A stretch of 64,000 nucleotides of DNA from Octopus sinensis (Eukaryota), in the NCBI RefSeq assembly GCF_006345805.1, contig NC_043011.1, positions 40,746,464-40,810,463 of the forward strand. Direction: 5' to 3'. The notes under the pieces were generated by a model. It did no database searches. It was not told where the DNA came from and was given only the letters and a program-made list of their open reading frames with translations. Every line of letters begins with the position of its first letter. The first letter of the stretch is position 1. Below, in pieces: positions 27,232 to 40,085 of this stretch. A program made the translations under genes and the position numbers.

Positions 27232-27552
27232 GACTCCGCCGGTTACGACGACGAGGGTCCCAGCTGATACGATCAACGGAACAGCTTGCTCGTGAAATTA
27301 ACGTGCAAATGGCTGAGCATTCCACAGACACGTGTACCCTTAACGTAGTTCTCGGGGATAATCAGCGTGACACAGAGAGTGACAAGGCTGACCCTTTGAA
27401 ATACAAGTACAACTCATTTTTGCCAGCTGAGTGGACTGGAGCAACGTGAAATAAAGTGTCTTGCTCAAGGACACAACGCGTCGCCGGGAATCGAACTCAC
27501 AACCTTACGATCATGAGCTGAATGCCCTGACCACTAAGCCACGCGCCCTCAC
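27232..27552 (-). mobile_element. SINE family A, well preserved
   Basis: Minus-strand A box TGGCTTAGTGG and B box GAGTTCGATTCCC; full tail. Confidence 0.9.
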
Positions 27553-28866
27553 AAAGATATCATAGATAACCGAGATTATCTATCTCTATTACGGATAATT
27601 CATCAAAATACAATCTATTACAAAGCGGGTCTCCAATAAAACAACCGATCGAAATAATGGTTGATCGAATCGACAATCAATCGAATAATAGCAAATATTG
27701 AAATAATTTCTTTTTAAAGGTTATTGTATCACGTTTTATTAAAATATATATTATTTATTTAAATGTTACAAAAATGTTTGGAAAGCGTTTTAAAAAAATA
27801 TTTAAATAATGTTCAATACACAAACACAGTGTACAACCGCCCATAAAATGAGATTATAAAACCATTTATAATCCTGGTGAACTGTATATTACTTCCTAAA
27901 AACATTATCGCTATTTTCTATTACTGATTCCAGCTCTACAGAGTTTGGCCCATAAATAAATTAAAGGCCATAAGTCAACATTAACGTAAAGTTATGGAAC
28001 GGTAAAACATAAACAATACACGCACATACTTATTATTTAATTATTTATTACTTAATTGACTTATCGTATTTCGCATATTTGCCATAATTCGATTAAGTGT
28101 TGATTCGGGCATCTCTTACTTTGATTAACTGTTTTGTTTTCAAAATTTTTGATAAATTGCGTTTCGATCCAATATTTCCGAAAAATTGACGCCAAATCCT
28201 GTTTTATAACTTATCTTCGTTACATCCAGGACCTTTATTGTAGAATTTAACAAAAACATTTTTTTAAAATCATTTTTGTGTATATGGTGTCAAATTTACC
28301 GTTTTCTGATATACTTTCTCTTTTTCCATGATCAGTAATCTACAAAAGTTTTCTTTTCTTTTCTTTTCTTAAAACAAAATAATTTCATGCTATCTTAATA
28401 ATCACATAAAACAAGCAGCAACTAAATAACTACTACCATCACCACTTCTCCTATCTCTACCATTACCACCACCACCACCACCACCACCACGACAATGGAG
28501 GCAATGACCAAACTGTTTATTTAGTGGTTCATTGTTAATTAGTGATAGGAAAAAAGGTAAGAAAATTGCCCTTAGAATATATCTAAATCAGATTTACGGT
28601 CAGCGAATTTTGTCACAAAACAAACAATTTATTTCGAAAAAGAACAGCATTAAACATTATTGCCAGCGAAATACGCATCTGAAATGAAGATCAAGGGAGA
28701 TGTATGTTTAAAATGCCTCCAGCTAACGTACGTTCGTACGTCGTGATCTGAGATGAGATATTTCAAAAGAAAGTAAACTGAAGTTCAAGGAGTTCTATTT
28801 GTCTATGTAGATACCACGATGCCACTTCTTTTTCACTTTCTCTGGGTTTCTCCCTTTCTCTGTCTG

Positions 28867-28914
<48 letters not shown>

Positions 28915-29026
28915 CCAGTCATTTTAGCTACCCATCTATGTTTTTATCGATCGCTTTCTATGTTTCTCTTTATCTCTCTCTCTCTCTCTCTCTCCCTGTA
29001 TATATATATATATATATATATTTATT

Positions 29027-29065
<39 letters not shown>

Positions 29066-29068
29066 ATG

Positions 29069-29137
<69 letters not shown>

Positions 29138-29459
29138 TAGGTTAATAGATTGATTGATTGACTGATCGATAGATTGATATACCACTGAATTACTTCTTTT
29201 AGATTATACTCATAAGAAACAGGGCAGGAGGATGTGATGGTGTATGTTTTTACAATAAAACTAATCACTGGTCAAGAAACTAGAGCCAAAAATGAGAGTC
29301 CAATTATCTTGTGATCTTTTTGTGACCAGTAAGCAATCTACTGTGTCTTCTTTAAAAACAACGTAATGTCGTTTGATGCTTAGATAAGATAGAGACCATA
29401 AAGAGAAAGAAAAAGAAAATAATAGAAATATTATGTTCTAACAGTATGTCGTTTGTATG

Positions 29460-29752
29460 AGGGGTGTGTGGTCTGGTGATTAGGGTGTTGTACTTGTCAT
29501 CGCGAGACCGTGGGTTCAGTTCCCGGACCGGGCGATGTGTTGTTTTTCTTGAACGCAACGCTTAATCTGACGCTAACTCTGCTAAGATTTCGACATCTGA
29601 CGTACGGCACACCTTTCACCTGAACAGGTAATGGTGAGCTGATTGAAGGAGTGAGCTAATCTACAACACAAGCATTTGATCACTGTAGATAAATATTCTG
29701 TGTCGGGTTACTCAGCAAGAAATTGCATAACCGTCTATTTGGGATGGAGATG
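29460..29752 (+). mobile_element. SINE family A-type, degenerate
   Basis: Head and body similar to 1466-1738. Confidence 0.7.
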
Positions 29753-29779
29753 CTATAATTAAATATCGTTTCTAATAGC

Positions 29780-29823
<44 letters not shown>

Positions 29824-30626
29824 TGCGTGTTTGTAATCTAGACGAAAAGATACCGAAGAACCAGTACTTTTCGTGTCGCTACTGGAATCACAGCCGGAGT
29901 GTTACATTTATGAGCAATGACGTCCTTAACTACCCACAACCAAACCCATCATACTGTGAACAGCCATTCGAAAATTATATGAATCGTAGGTGTGGCAAAC
30001 GACGGCGGTGTGATTGACACAGATGGTGGGTTCTTGGTTAAATGGTGTTGTTGAGGTTCATTTCTTCGACGAAATTGGCCAAAGAAGAAGCAAAGAACAT
30101 CCCACTGCTTTCATATATAAGACAATATAGATGGCACCACTTGTTATTGGATGCTGCTACTGATTATGGAAACAGAAGAACTATTCAATGGATAGTGTGT
30201 GGAAATTTATGAGGCGTGGATCTGTGGGTAAGAAGATTGCTTCTCAAGTGGTCATGGGCTCAATCTAGCTGTGCAGCACCTTGGGCAAGTTTTATTCTAT
30301 AGTCTTAGGCTGGCCAAGCCTTGTGAACGAATGAATTTCGTGGACGGAAAGAAAAAAAATAAAGGCAGTCTGTCATGTACGTATGTGTGGTTTGACAGTC
30401 TGGACGTGAACTGGGCTCATCAGTTGAGATGCTAATACAAAAGCATAAGATTCTTTAAGCGTTTTTGTGCGATATGAGCAAATACTGTTACGCTTTTGCT
30501 TATGTACCAAATCCATCTTCTCTGACAACTTGAAATCAATCATCGGTAAAGTTATTATCGAAGAGAAATATCGAGATTGATAAAGAATAAAAAACACTCG
30601 TATATTGACGTTAATATATCATAGTT

Positions 30627-31265
30627 TCAAGGCGGCGAGCTGGCAGAATATTTACCGCCCCGCTGGCAGAATCGTTACCGCAAAAACGTTAGCACGCCAG
30701 GCGAAATTCTTAACGGTATTTCGTCTGCCGTTACGTTCTGAGTTCAAATTCCGCCGAGGTCGACTTTGCCTTTCATCCTTTCGGGGTTGATAAATTAAGT
30801 ACCAATCGACTCAATCCGTTTGTCTGTCCTTGCTTGTCCCCCTGTGTTTAGCCCCTTGTGGGCAATAAAGAAATAAGAATTGTTACTGTCCCGGACAAAA
30901 TGCTCAGCGATATTTCTTCCGATGTTATGTTCTGAGCTCAAATGCCGTCGGAATCTACTTTGCCTTGGGTCCCTTCGGAATCGATACAATAAGCACAAGT
31001 TGAACACTGGAGTCGATGTAATGGATACATACCCACTTGCTCCAAATTGCTGGTCTTGTGCCAAAATTTGAAACCAGTGTATCATTACTCCAGGGCAGCG
31101 AGCTGGCAGAATCGTTTCCGCGCCGGACTAAATGCTTAGAGGCATTTCTTCCGACTTTATGCTCTGAGTTCAAATGCCGTCTATACAATAAGTACCAGTT
31201 AAATACTGGGGTCTGTGTATTAGACTTATCCCCACCCCCGAAATTATTGACCTTGTGTCAAATTA
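30627..31265 (+). mobile_element. Cluster of SINE family C units
   Basis: Three successive units each with GAGTTCAAAT(T/G)CCG. Confidence 0.85.
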
Positions 31266-31854
31266 TAAACCAATATATCATAGATCTCACAACAGTGACA
31301 CGAGGCTTTGATATTGTACGCGACTGGTAAATTACGTTGAGAGAAAGTTTACGATAAATTCTTATTTTTAGACACGTAAGAGATATACAGAATAAAACGA
31401 AATCCATCAAGATTTGAATTTAAAAAACAAGACACTCCAAAGAGAATAATGTAACAAGATTTGTACTGATATTGCCTTCTCTACTCAGCTTCCTGTTCAT
31501 GATGCGTCGATATTGCAAATTATTTAAGAACGAAGTGATAATTATAACCGGCGGCGTGAAATCCGCTGTTGTTTTCGTCATCGTCTCTATCTGTAAACGA
31601 ACCAAGGGATCATATATCATTAATACGGTGATCGATCGAGCGATCAATGCTACGGTGTCCCACATGTGAAGAACCAGCGACGAGGAACGATGACCCCTAA
31701 AGCTGGTTAACGTGGTTCAGTTAGTCAAATGTTAGTAAAACGAAATTGAAAATAACTCGAATGAGTCGCCAGGGGAGTCCATTAATTTTCTCATTGATCA
31801 AACTGATATGTTGTTGTTTTATGTCACTAAAAGCCGTGTTTGCTGCCATCTGAG

Positions 31855-32770
31855 AGTAAAAGAGAGAGAGAAAGTAAAGGAGAGAGAGAGAGTAAAGGAG
31901 AGAGAGTGATGCGCAGAAAGGGAGGGAGAGCGGTTGAGAGAAAGAGATGCATAGATTGAGATAAATAGAAAGGTAGAAAGACATAGACAGAGATAGAGAT
32001 GGAGATGGAGAGGTAGAGAGGTAGAGATAGAAATTAGAAAAGTAGAAAGAGTTGCAGAGGTAGGAATAAAGAGGTGGAGAGGCACACAGAGAGAGAGATA
32101 GAAGGAAGTAGAGAGAGAAATAGAGAGCAAGATAGAGAGGTAGAGAGAGAAAAGTAGAGAGATAAATGGTAGAGAGAAATAAAGAAATGTAGAGTGAGAC
32201 AGATAGAGAGAGGCAGAGCGAGAGAGATCCGCACAGAGAGAGAAAGAGATGAAGAAAGAGGGAGAGAGAGAGAGAGAGGGGAGAGAGTGATATAAGGAGC
32301 AAATGGCATAGAGAGATAAGAGAGGTTAAGGAGAAACAGAAGACGTGAAAGAAGGATCAAAGATGAGGAGAGAGAGAGAGAGAGTAAAGGAAGAAGGGAA
32401 ACAATATAGGAGAGAAAGCGATAAGAGAGAACAACAGCGAAGAAATCGTACGAGAAGTTAAGGAAGCAGCAAAGGTGAGGATAAAAGAATGGTAAATATT
32501 TTAGGAGAGATGAGGAGGAGTTTAAAGTGTAAAGAAGAGAATGAGAAAGAGAGACCCAACGGGAGCTCGGTGTTAGAAGCGAAAAGGCGGAGAGAAATGG
32601 GCACGTTTGGAGTTTCAGAGGAGCAGAGAAGAAAAGAAAAAAAAAGAGACTCATAAGGGGTTTAAGTGATGAGAAAAAGTAAAAATGAATAAAGGAAGCT
32701 AAAGGAGAGTGAGAGGGAGAAGGAATGAGGGGGAGAACAGTGAAGATGTTTGGTGTTAATCCTTTTGAGG
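31855..32770 (+). repeat. Polypurine (GA-rich) tract, ~900 bp
   Basis: Directly visible; pyrimidine-rich on the GPCR sense strand. Confidence 0.9.
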
Positions 32771-32814
32771 ATTCACAGGAGTTGGAAATTTGACGAAAAA
32801 TAATAGTTTTCCTT

Positions 32815-32941
32815 AGGCGCATGCATAACCATGCGGTAAGATGCTTACTTCCGAACCGCCGGGTTCCGAATTCAGTTCCAGTGGGTAAGTGTCTTCTTCT
32901 ATTCCCACCGAGCCGATGTAAACCGAAAGAGCTCGTCGTAT

Positions 32942-33030
<89 letters not shown>

Positions 33031-33270
33031 TTGTTTTCATATAGATACACGCATGCATGCGTTTGTTGTGTTTGTCCTCCAATACCGCTTGACAACCGGT
33101 ATTGGCTTTTCCCTTACCCCATAACCGAGTCGTTCGGCAAAAAGAGACGGATTGAATAAGTACCAGGTTTTAAGAAACTAAGTACTGGAATCGATTTTTT
33201 TCGACTAAACCCTTCATGGTGGTGCTCCGGTATGGCTGCAGTCCAATGACAGAAGCAAAGAAAAGATAAA
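32815..33270 (+). mobile_element. SINE family B, degenerate full-length
   Basis: Head, core, (CA)/(TA) linker and tail GGTGCTCCGGTATGGCTGCAGTC. Confidence 0.8.
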
Positions 33271-33391
33271 TGACCCACGGCATCTAGCCCTGGTACGGAG
33301 AAGATAGCGGTCTGTTGATTTGGTGTGTGCTTTAAATTACTTTTATGACGGACAACTGATTAAGTATAAATAGATTCTCAATACTATTCTG

Positions 33392-33800
33392 ACGGAGGGC
33401 GGCGAGCTGGCAGAATCGTTAGCACGCCGGGACAAAACTTAGCGGTATTTCGTCTGTTGTTACGTTCTGAGATCAAATTCCGCTGAGGTCGACATTGCCT
33501 TTCATCCTTTCGGGGTTGATTAAATAAGTACCAGTTATGCACCTGGGTCGATATAATCAACTTAATCCGTTTGTCTGTCATTGTTTGTTCTCTCTGTTTA
33601 GCCCATTGTGGGTAGTAAAGAAATAGGTATTTCGTCTGCTGTTACTTTCTCAGTTCAAATTCCACCGAGGTCGACTTTGCCTTCGGGGTTGATTAAATAA
33701 GTACTAGTTTCACACAGGGGTCGATATAATCGACTTAATTCGTTTGTCTGTCCTTGCTTGTCCCCTCTATGTTTATCCTCCTGTGGGCAATAAATAACAT
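33392..33800 (+). mobile_element. SINE family C dimer
   Basis: Two head-to-tail units, junction AAAGAAATA|GGTATTTCG at ~33625. Confidence 0.9.
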
Positions 33801-34349
33801 TCTGACGGAATCAAAGAATTCAGAAGCTAAGAACGTTTAGTCTTTTTTAGTACGTTTTATTATATTTTGATTCTTATTCAAATTTCAGTACGAAGAAACA
33901 CGGAAACAGAAAAATAAGAAAGGAGAAAAAATGGAACAGAAAAAGAACGAGGTGAGCATAAAGCAGTAGAAGGAGGAAGGAAGGGTCTATGGCCCACATA
34001 CTCCAGAAAGAAGTAAAGACCGCGATAGCGTTGCCGCGTAGAATGGACAGCGATATTCACTGCAGTAGTCCCTCCGCCTCGTTTTCCGACAGGTTACTGT
34101 TATCCTTATTTCGCGAAGAACATCGGTAATACTAGGTCCAAGAACACTAGGACGTCTCGACGGCAACCGGCATAAACTGATAGCGCCGAATTGCGCCACT
34201 TTATTTATTGATTCTTCTCTCGTCTGCGTTACGGGAGGCGACTCCACCCGCAATTGCATTTACATATGACGATATTCAGCCACGGTCTGACATTAATACG
34301 TAACGCTAAACTATGAAACGAAATGAGTGACATTATGTATTATAGGTAT

Positions 34350-34915
34350 AAGGTGGCTCGCTGGCAGAATCGTTAACATACCGGGCGAAATGCTTAGCGG
34401 TATTTCGTCTGCCGTCACGTTCTGAGTTCAAATTCGGCCGAGGTCGACTTTGCCTTTCATCCTTTCGGGGTCGATTAAATAAGTACCAGTTACGCACTGG
34501 GGTCGATATAATCGACTTAATCCGTTTGTCTGTCCTTGTTTGTCCTCCCTGTGTTTAGCCCCTTGTGGGTAGTAAAGAAATAGGTATTTCGTCTGCCTTC
34601 ACGTTTTGAGTCCAAATTCCGCCGAGGTCGACTTTACCTTTCATCCTTTCAGGGTCGATAAATTAAGTACAAGTTGCGTATTGGGCTCGATCTAATCGAC
34701 TGACCTCCTTCCCCCAAAATTTTGAGTCTTTTGCCTAGAGTAGAAACCCGCTGGACGAAATGCTTAGTAGTATTTCGCCCGTCGTTACGTTCTAAGTTCA
34801 ACTTTCACTGAGGTCGATTTTGTATTTCATCCTTACGGGGTCGATAAATTAAATACCAGTTGAACACATCTGCTCCCCCAAAATGGCTGCCCTTGTGGAA
34901 AAATTTGGGACCATT
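34350..34915 (+). mobile_element. SINE family C multimer
   Basis: Three units; junction AAAGAAATA|GGTATTTCG at ~34582. Confidence 0.9.
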
Positions 34916-34999
34916 ATGTATTACACGTACGGTATTTATTCGTTAAGGCATCTGACTGATAAACTATGGAACAACACCAAAGAAATAATCTGCTCTTTC

Positions 35000-35430
35000 T
35001 TTCTTTCCTTTTTTTCTTTTATCCGTTTTACTTGCTTTAATCACTGGTGTGCGGCAATGCGGGGACACTGCCTTGATCGGTTTAGTCGAACAAATTGACA
35101 CCAGTACTTATATTTTAAAGCCTCGTAATTATTCCATCATCACTTTTTGCCGAACGGCTAAGTTATAGGGACGTATACGGACGAACACCGTTGTCAGGGG
35201 GTGGTAGAGAAGCAAACACAAAGATACACACACACACACATATATATGTATATGAGTGTGTATGTGTCTATGTGTATACATATATATTTATGCACACGTA
35301 CATACACACACACAGACTCACATATGCATTCACAGTCTATTAAATTCGTACAACAAGGTAGAAGACGTTTGCCCAATGTGTTGCACAGCGTGACTGAACA
35401 TGAAACCACGCAGCTAGAAAGCAACTACAC
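35000..35430 (-). mobile_element. SINE family B, degenerate
   Basis: Recognisable tail and head remnants. Confidence 0.7.
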
Positions 35431-35490
35431 GACTTCACCATTAGTTTTCCAATGATTTAATAAGTTTTAAAATATTTTTGATAATATTTC

Positions 35491-35876
35491 GTGGCACTAC
35501 GTCGGTTACGACGACGTGGGTTCCAGTTGATCCGATCAACGGAACAGCCTGCTCTTGATATTAACGTGCAAGTGGCTGAGCGCTCCACAGACACGTGTAC
35601 CCTTAGCGTAGTTCTCGGGGAGATTCAGCGTGACAAAGAGTGTGACAAGGCTGGCCCTTTGAAATACAGGTACAACAGAAAGAGGAAGAAAGAGTGAGAG
35701 AAAGATGTGGTGAAAGAGTACAGTAGGGTTCGCCACCCCACCCCACTGTCGGTGCCTCATGGAGCTTTAGGTGTTTTCGCTCAATAAACACTTACAACAC
35801 CCGGCTTGGGAATCGAAACCGCGATCCTACGACCGTGAGTCCGCTGCTCTAACCACTGAGCCATTGTGACTCCACT
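35491..35876 (-). mobile_element. SINE family A, full-length
   Basis: Closely similar to 49529-49882 and to the reverse complement of 51780-51960. Confidence 0.9.
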
Positions 35877-36444
35877 TTGATAATATAGTCACAATGAAAA
35901 GCACAAAAAGCTGCGAATCAATATTTTCTATTGATCATGTGTATGTACCGCTTCCTAGATCGCATATATTTCTTGACTTGAAGATGAAAATAATAGATAA
36001 ATATTTTCAGAACAGAATAGGTGACAAACATATAGTTTTCAAAAGATTTTTCTCTTTTTAAACAGTGTAACATCATTCCTACCTATGCTGGTTTTACACC
36101 ATCAGCAAAAAAAGAAAAAAAAAAGAAAAAAACTACATGCTCCAGAGAAAAATATGATTTCAAAAGAAATTTGTATTTCAACGATTTTCTCTTATCTCCC
36201 AAAACAATCTTACAGATTGCAAAATAACCATGGATTTTCCATTGACACAACATATGGTAGCTATTACGTAAACTAAAGAGTTAACTGTCACATGACGGAT
36301 ACCTTTGGAAGTATACTTTTACCGTTATAGGGAATTTCAAGAAATTTAGTAAACGCTACAATAATTATCATTTACTTTGCATCAAATTTCTTGGTACTTA
36401 TACAAAATCCTGAAATAATCTTTTATATTTTTTATTTTATACTA

Positions 36445-36752
36445 CTACTTATTTCAGTCATTAGATTGTGGCCATGCTGGAGCACTGTCTTGAAGACGTT
36501 TTAGTCGATCGAATCGAATCCAGTACTTATCTTTTTAAAACCTGATAGCTTTTCTATCTGTCTGTTTTGCTGAACCGCTAAGTTACGGAAACGTAAACAC
36601 ACCTTCCTTCAGTTTCCGTCTACCAAATCCACTCACAAGGCTTGACCCGAGGGTTTTGTAGAAGACACTGGTCCAAGATGTCACGCAGTGGGAAGATCCG
36701 GAGACTATGTGGTTGGGAAGCAGGTTTCTTACAACACAGCCGCGCCTGCACC
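36445..36752 (-). mobile_element. SINE family B, internally deleted
   Basis: Tail joined to core at GTAAACACACCTTCCTTCAGTTTCCG. Confidence 0.8.
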
Positions 36753-36879
36753 TATTTACTAATGTTTACTAATTTTCAAGCGAATATATTTATTGTCCTA
36801 AGTTACAAGGTCCATCTGCTATTTTATCATCCATAGCTGGGGCTCTTGACAGGTAATGGTACTCTGAAAATTCTAGTTG

Positions 36880-37142
36880 ATCTGATGAACAGAACACCCT
36901 GTTCATGAAATGAACGAGCAATTGGCTGAGCACTCCACAGACACGTGTACCTTTAACGTAGTTCTCAGGGAGATGCAGCGTGACACAGAATGTGATAAGG
37001 CCGGCCCTTTGAATTACAGCTGAGTGGACTGGACCAACGTGAAATAATCTGACTTGGTCAAGGACATAACTCGGCACCTGGTATTGAACTCACGACATTA
37101 CGATCGTGAGGCGAACACCCTTGCCACTAAGCCACGTGCCTT
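36880..37142 (-). mobile_element. SINE family A
   Basis: Body and head motifs as at 27232-27552. Confidence 0.8.
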
Positions 37143-37527
37143 AACCGACAAGCACTACCACCACGGTGTAGAACAGATTTGTGAATAGTGGAACCTAACA
37201 GATAACTCTATACTTCAAAAACTTCCTGAACTCCAGAGTTGGAGCCACTCCAAAGGACGCAGTTAAATGTTTCGCACAACACAGATAAATCCTGAAATTA
37301 AGGTGAATTTTAAAATCAAAATTGATATGAAAATTATAAACAATATTTCTTCTGGACTCATATAACCTATGCAGAATAAGTTCGAGTGTGACTGGAAAGG
37401 TTACTGCTTTGCTTCCTATGGCAGCCACCCGTAAGTCAAGGTCTCGTCTTCCCTTTCCCTCTCCCAACAGTTTCTGAGACCCTGGAGAAAATCAAGACAA
37501 TGATGTAAAATAGAACTATGTACTCAC

Positions 37528-37681
37528 CCCAGCCAATTAGTAAGAAATGCCAGAGGTGCATCTTATCCGCGGAATAAGTCCAAACAACGATGATATGTAG
37601 ATACAGGCCTTCAGCAAACATCCAGTAGAAGTGAGTAGACTGAAAATAGCTGAACGCTATCACAAAACCTTGACACACCCA
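37528..37681 (-). CDS. Internal coding exon (154 nt, phase 0 to phase 1) of a class B1 GPCR, CRF/DH44-receptor-like; TM3-ICL2-start of TM4
   Basis: Minus strand reads tactttcag|TGGGTGTGTCAAGGT...ATTGGCTGGG|gtgagta, with canonical AG and GT. Translation WVCQGFVIAFSYFQSTHFYWMFAEGLYLHIIVVWTYSADKMHLWHFLLIGW+G aligns without gaps to the CRF-receptor motif WC..[45 protein letters not shown] (recalled, not searched). Subfamily call is less certain than the class B call. Confidence 0.9.
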
Positions 37682-38879
37682 CTGAAAGTAATAAGAAAGA
37701 AAGATAAGATCAGTTATAATAAGGAAAGAAAGAGCTTCTTTATAGTTTTTGTAACATTTTCTGAAAAGCAACTCTGAATCCAGTAGATAATTCTTTGTAG
37801 TTCAATTGGTATTGGTTCGAGGAGAAAACGCAAGCTTGATCGTTATGAGATTTTAATTTAAAATTAGACAGTAGTAGACTAAACGAATGTTAGTTGATTG
37901 ATATAAATGGTTTATAACATATTTTTGAAGACCACGGTTTGAATGGGGAGGTCTACAGTCGATGATATAGAGTTTATTAAGTATTAGTAACATTATACTT
38001 CATAGAACCCAAGGGGATGTTATGTTGGTATGATGGTACAATATAACAGCTATTTTCCTCATACTTAGGAACCTCATATATTTCATATTTACATTACGAA
38101 ACATATTCTAGGATGGGTAGACTGATGGATGGTAGAATTGGTAAGGTGTCTATCTAAATGCCTAGCAGTTTGGCAGAGTCGACTGACCGTCAGATAAATC
38201 TGCTCTAACGGTATTTAATTACTTTCATTTACGTGCTGAGTTTAAATCCTGCCGAGGACATCCTTGTTTTTCAGTCTATCGAAAATGCTGAAATAAGTTA
38301 CTTGTTATACAACGGGTATGATTAAATGTTCGATACCATATCCTAAACAATAAGTTTGTGCTTCTAGTAATAGTGAAGACGCATACACTCGAAGATATAT
38401 ATTTCATTAAGCGACAGCAGCCTTATTTTCTCGGGCCTGGAGAAATGAAATGCAAAGTCGACTTTGAAGAAATTTGAACTCAAAACGTAAAATGGTGCAA
38501 CTATTTGTCAGACAAAATATTTGATAGTATATCGATCTCCCAATTCAGAAGTGATATTTTCATTTCCAATGTCTTCATCTCTGTTTTTTGTTCATTTCAG
38601 TTTCTTAGAAGGACTGCCACCATGATTCTTTTCAAGGCACTTCAGATTAGTGTAGGTTATACTTAGACCAATCGTCTAGACCGGAAATTTGCAACAGTGT
38701 AAAGGTTCCGCCAAAGGGATCCAAGGACCAGATGGTCGTGTTAAACCGAGACAAAAATTATGTCTACAAAGCGAGAGCCGGAATCGTCCATCTGAATACA
38801 TTTCACACAGTTCCTGTATACAATATTTCACTCAAAAAACTTTGGGTACCTCAAGATTATTATTATTCTTGTCCCTTCT

Positions 38880-39168
38880 CGAGCCACGCCTGGCTCATAA
38901 GAACCAGTTTCCCGGTTTCCTTGGCGTATACGTTCCCCACATGGACGGGGCGCCGGTCCGTCGCAGGTGAGCTGCAAGATGCAGGAGGAAAGAGTGAGAG
39001 AAAGTTGTGGTGAAAGAGTCAGCAGAAAATCGCCATTACCTTCTGTCGGAGCCGCGTGGAGCTTAGGTGTTTAGCGCATGAACACACACATCGCCCGGTC
39101 TGAGATTCGAACCCGCGATCCCTCGACCGTGAGTCCGCTGCTCTAACTACTAGGTCATATGCCTCCAC
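38880..39168 (-). mobile_element. SINE family A variant
   Basis: TTTCCCGGTTTCCTTGGCGTATACGTTCCCC tail; head CCGTGAGTCCGCTGCTCTAAC. Confidence 0.8.
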
Positions 39169-39339
39169 AACTCATATTTATAGCAGATGGTAATTAACCA
39201 AGATGATGCGCAATGAGATCGAAACAGACATCATACATTGCGAAGTGCAGTTCTTAACCACAATGTCTAGCCGCTTATTTTTATGCCATTAAAAAAATTA
39301 TAGATACTTATGATGGCGAATGGCCTAATGTTTAGGCGG

Positions 39340-40085
39340 GTTTGCATTCAGAATCGCAAAATTTGAACTCACAACATGCAGACAGACGAAATGCCTCCAA
39401 GCATTTTGCCCGGCATGGTTGACGATTTTTCCACCTCACCGATTTTCTTCTTTCCTAAAATATAATGGTTTCAAATTTTGATACAAGGCCAGCAATTTCG
39501 AGAGAGGGAGGTAAGTAGATTACATCGACCCCACTGTTCAACTGGCACTTATTATGTCAATCTCTAAAAGACGAATGGCACAGGCGACCTCGGCAAAATT
39601 TGAACTCAGAAAGGTAAAGGCGGGCGAAATACCACAACGCGTTGTACCCAGCATCGTAATGATACTGTCAGTTCGTCGCATTTTTCTTTCCTAAAATATA
39701 CCTTTCTATTATAGGCACAAGGCCTGACATTTTGGGGGAGGAAGTAGTCGATTACCCGAAAGAATGAAAGGCAAAATCGACCTTGGCTGAATTTAAACTC
39801 AGAACGTAAGGATGACAAAATACTACGAAGTATTTTGCCGAGCATGCTAACGATTCTTATTTCTTTATTGTCAACAAAGGGCTAAACATAGAGGGGACAA
39901 ACAAGGACAGACAAAGGGATAAAGTCGATTACAGCGACCCCAGTGCGTAACTGGTACTTATTTTATCGACCTCGAAAGGATGAAAGTCAAAGTTGACCTC
40001 GGCGGAATTTGAACTCAGAACGTAGCGGCAGACGAAATACCGCAAAGCATTTCGCCCGGTGTCCTAACGTTTCTGCCAGCTCATC
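39340..40085 (-). mobile_element. Cluster of SINE family C units
   Basis: Three units with TTTGAACTCAG; intact unit at 39890-40085. Confidence 0.85.

Noticed and set aside
29840-30190. Coding-like decayed segment with weak piggyBac- or Tc1-like words
   Set aside because: Motifs are mutually inconsistent and in different frames; cannot be assigned by eye.
31472-31669. VIIITGG motif suggesting a short-chain dehydrogenase
   Set aside because: The GxxxGxG continuation is absent.
31721-33095. 193-aa and 353-aa Leu/Ser/Phe-rich minus-strand ORFs resembling membrane proteins
   Set aside because: Products of the GA-rich tract and a SINE.
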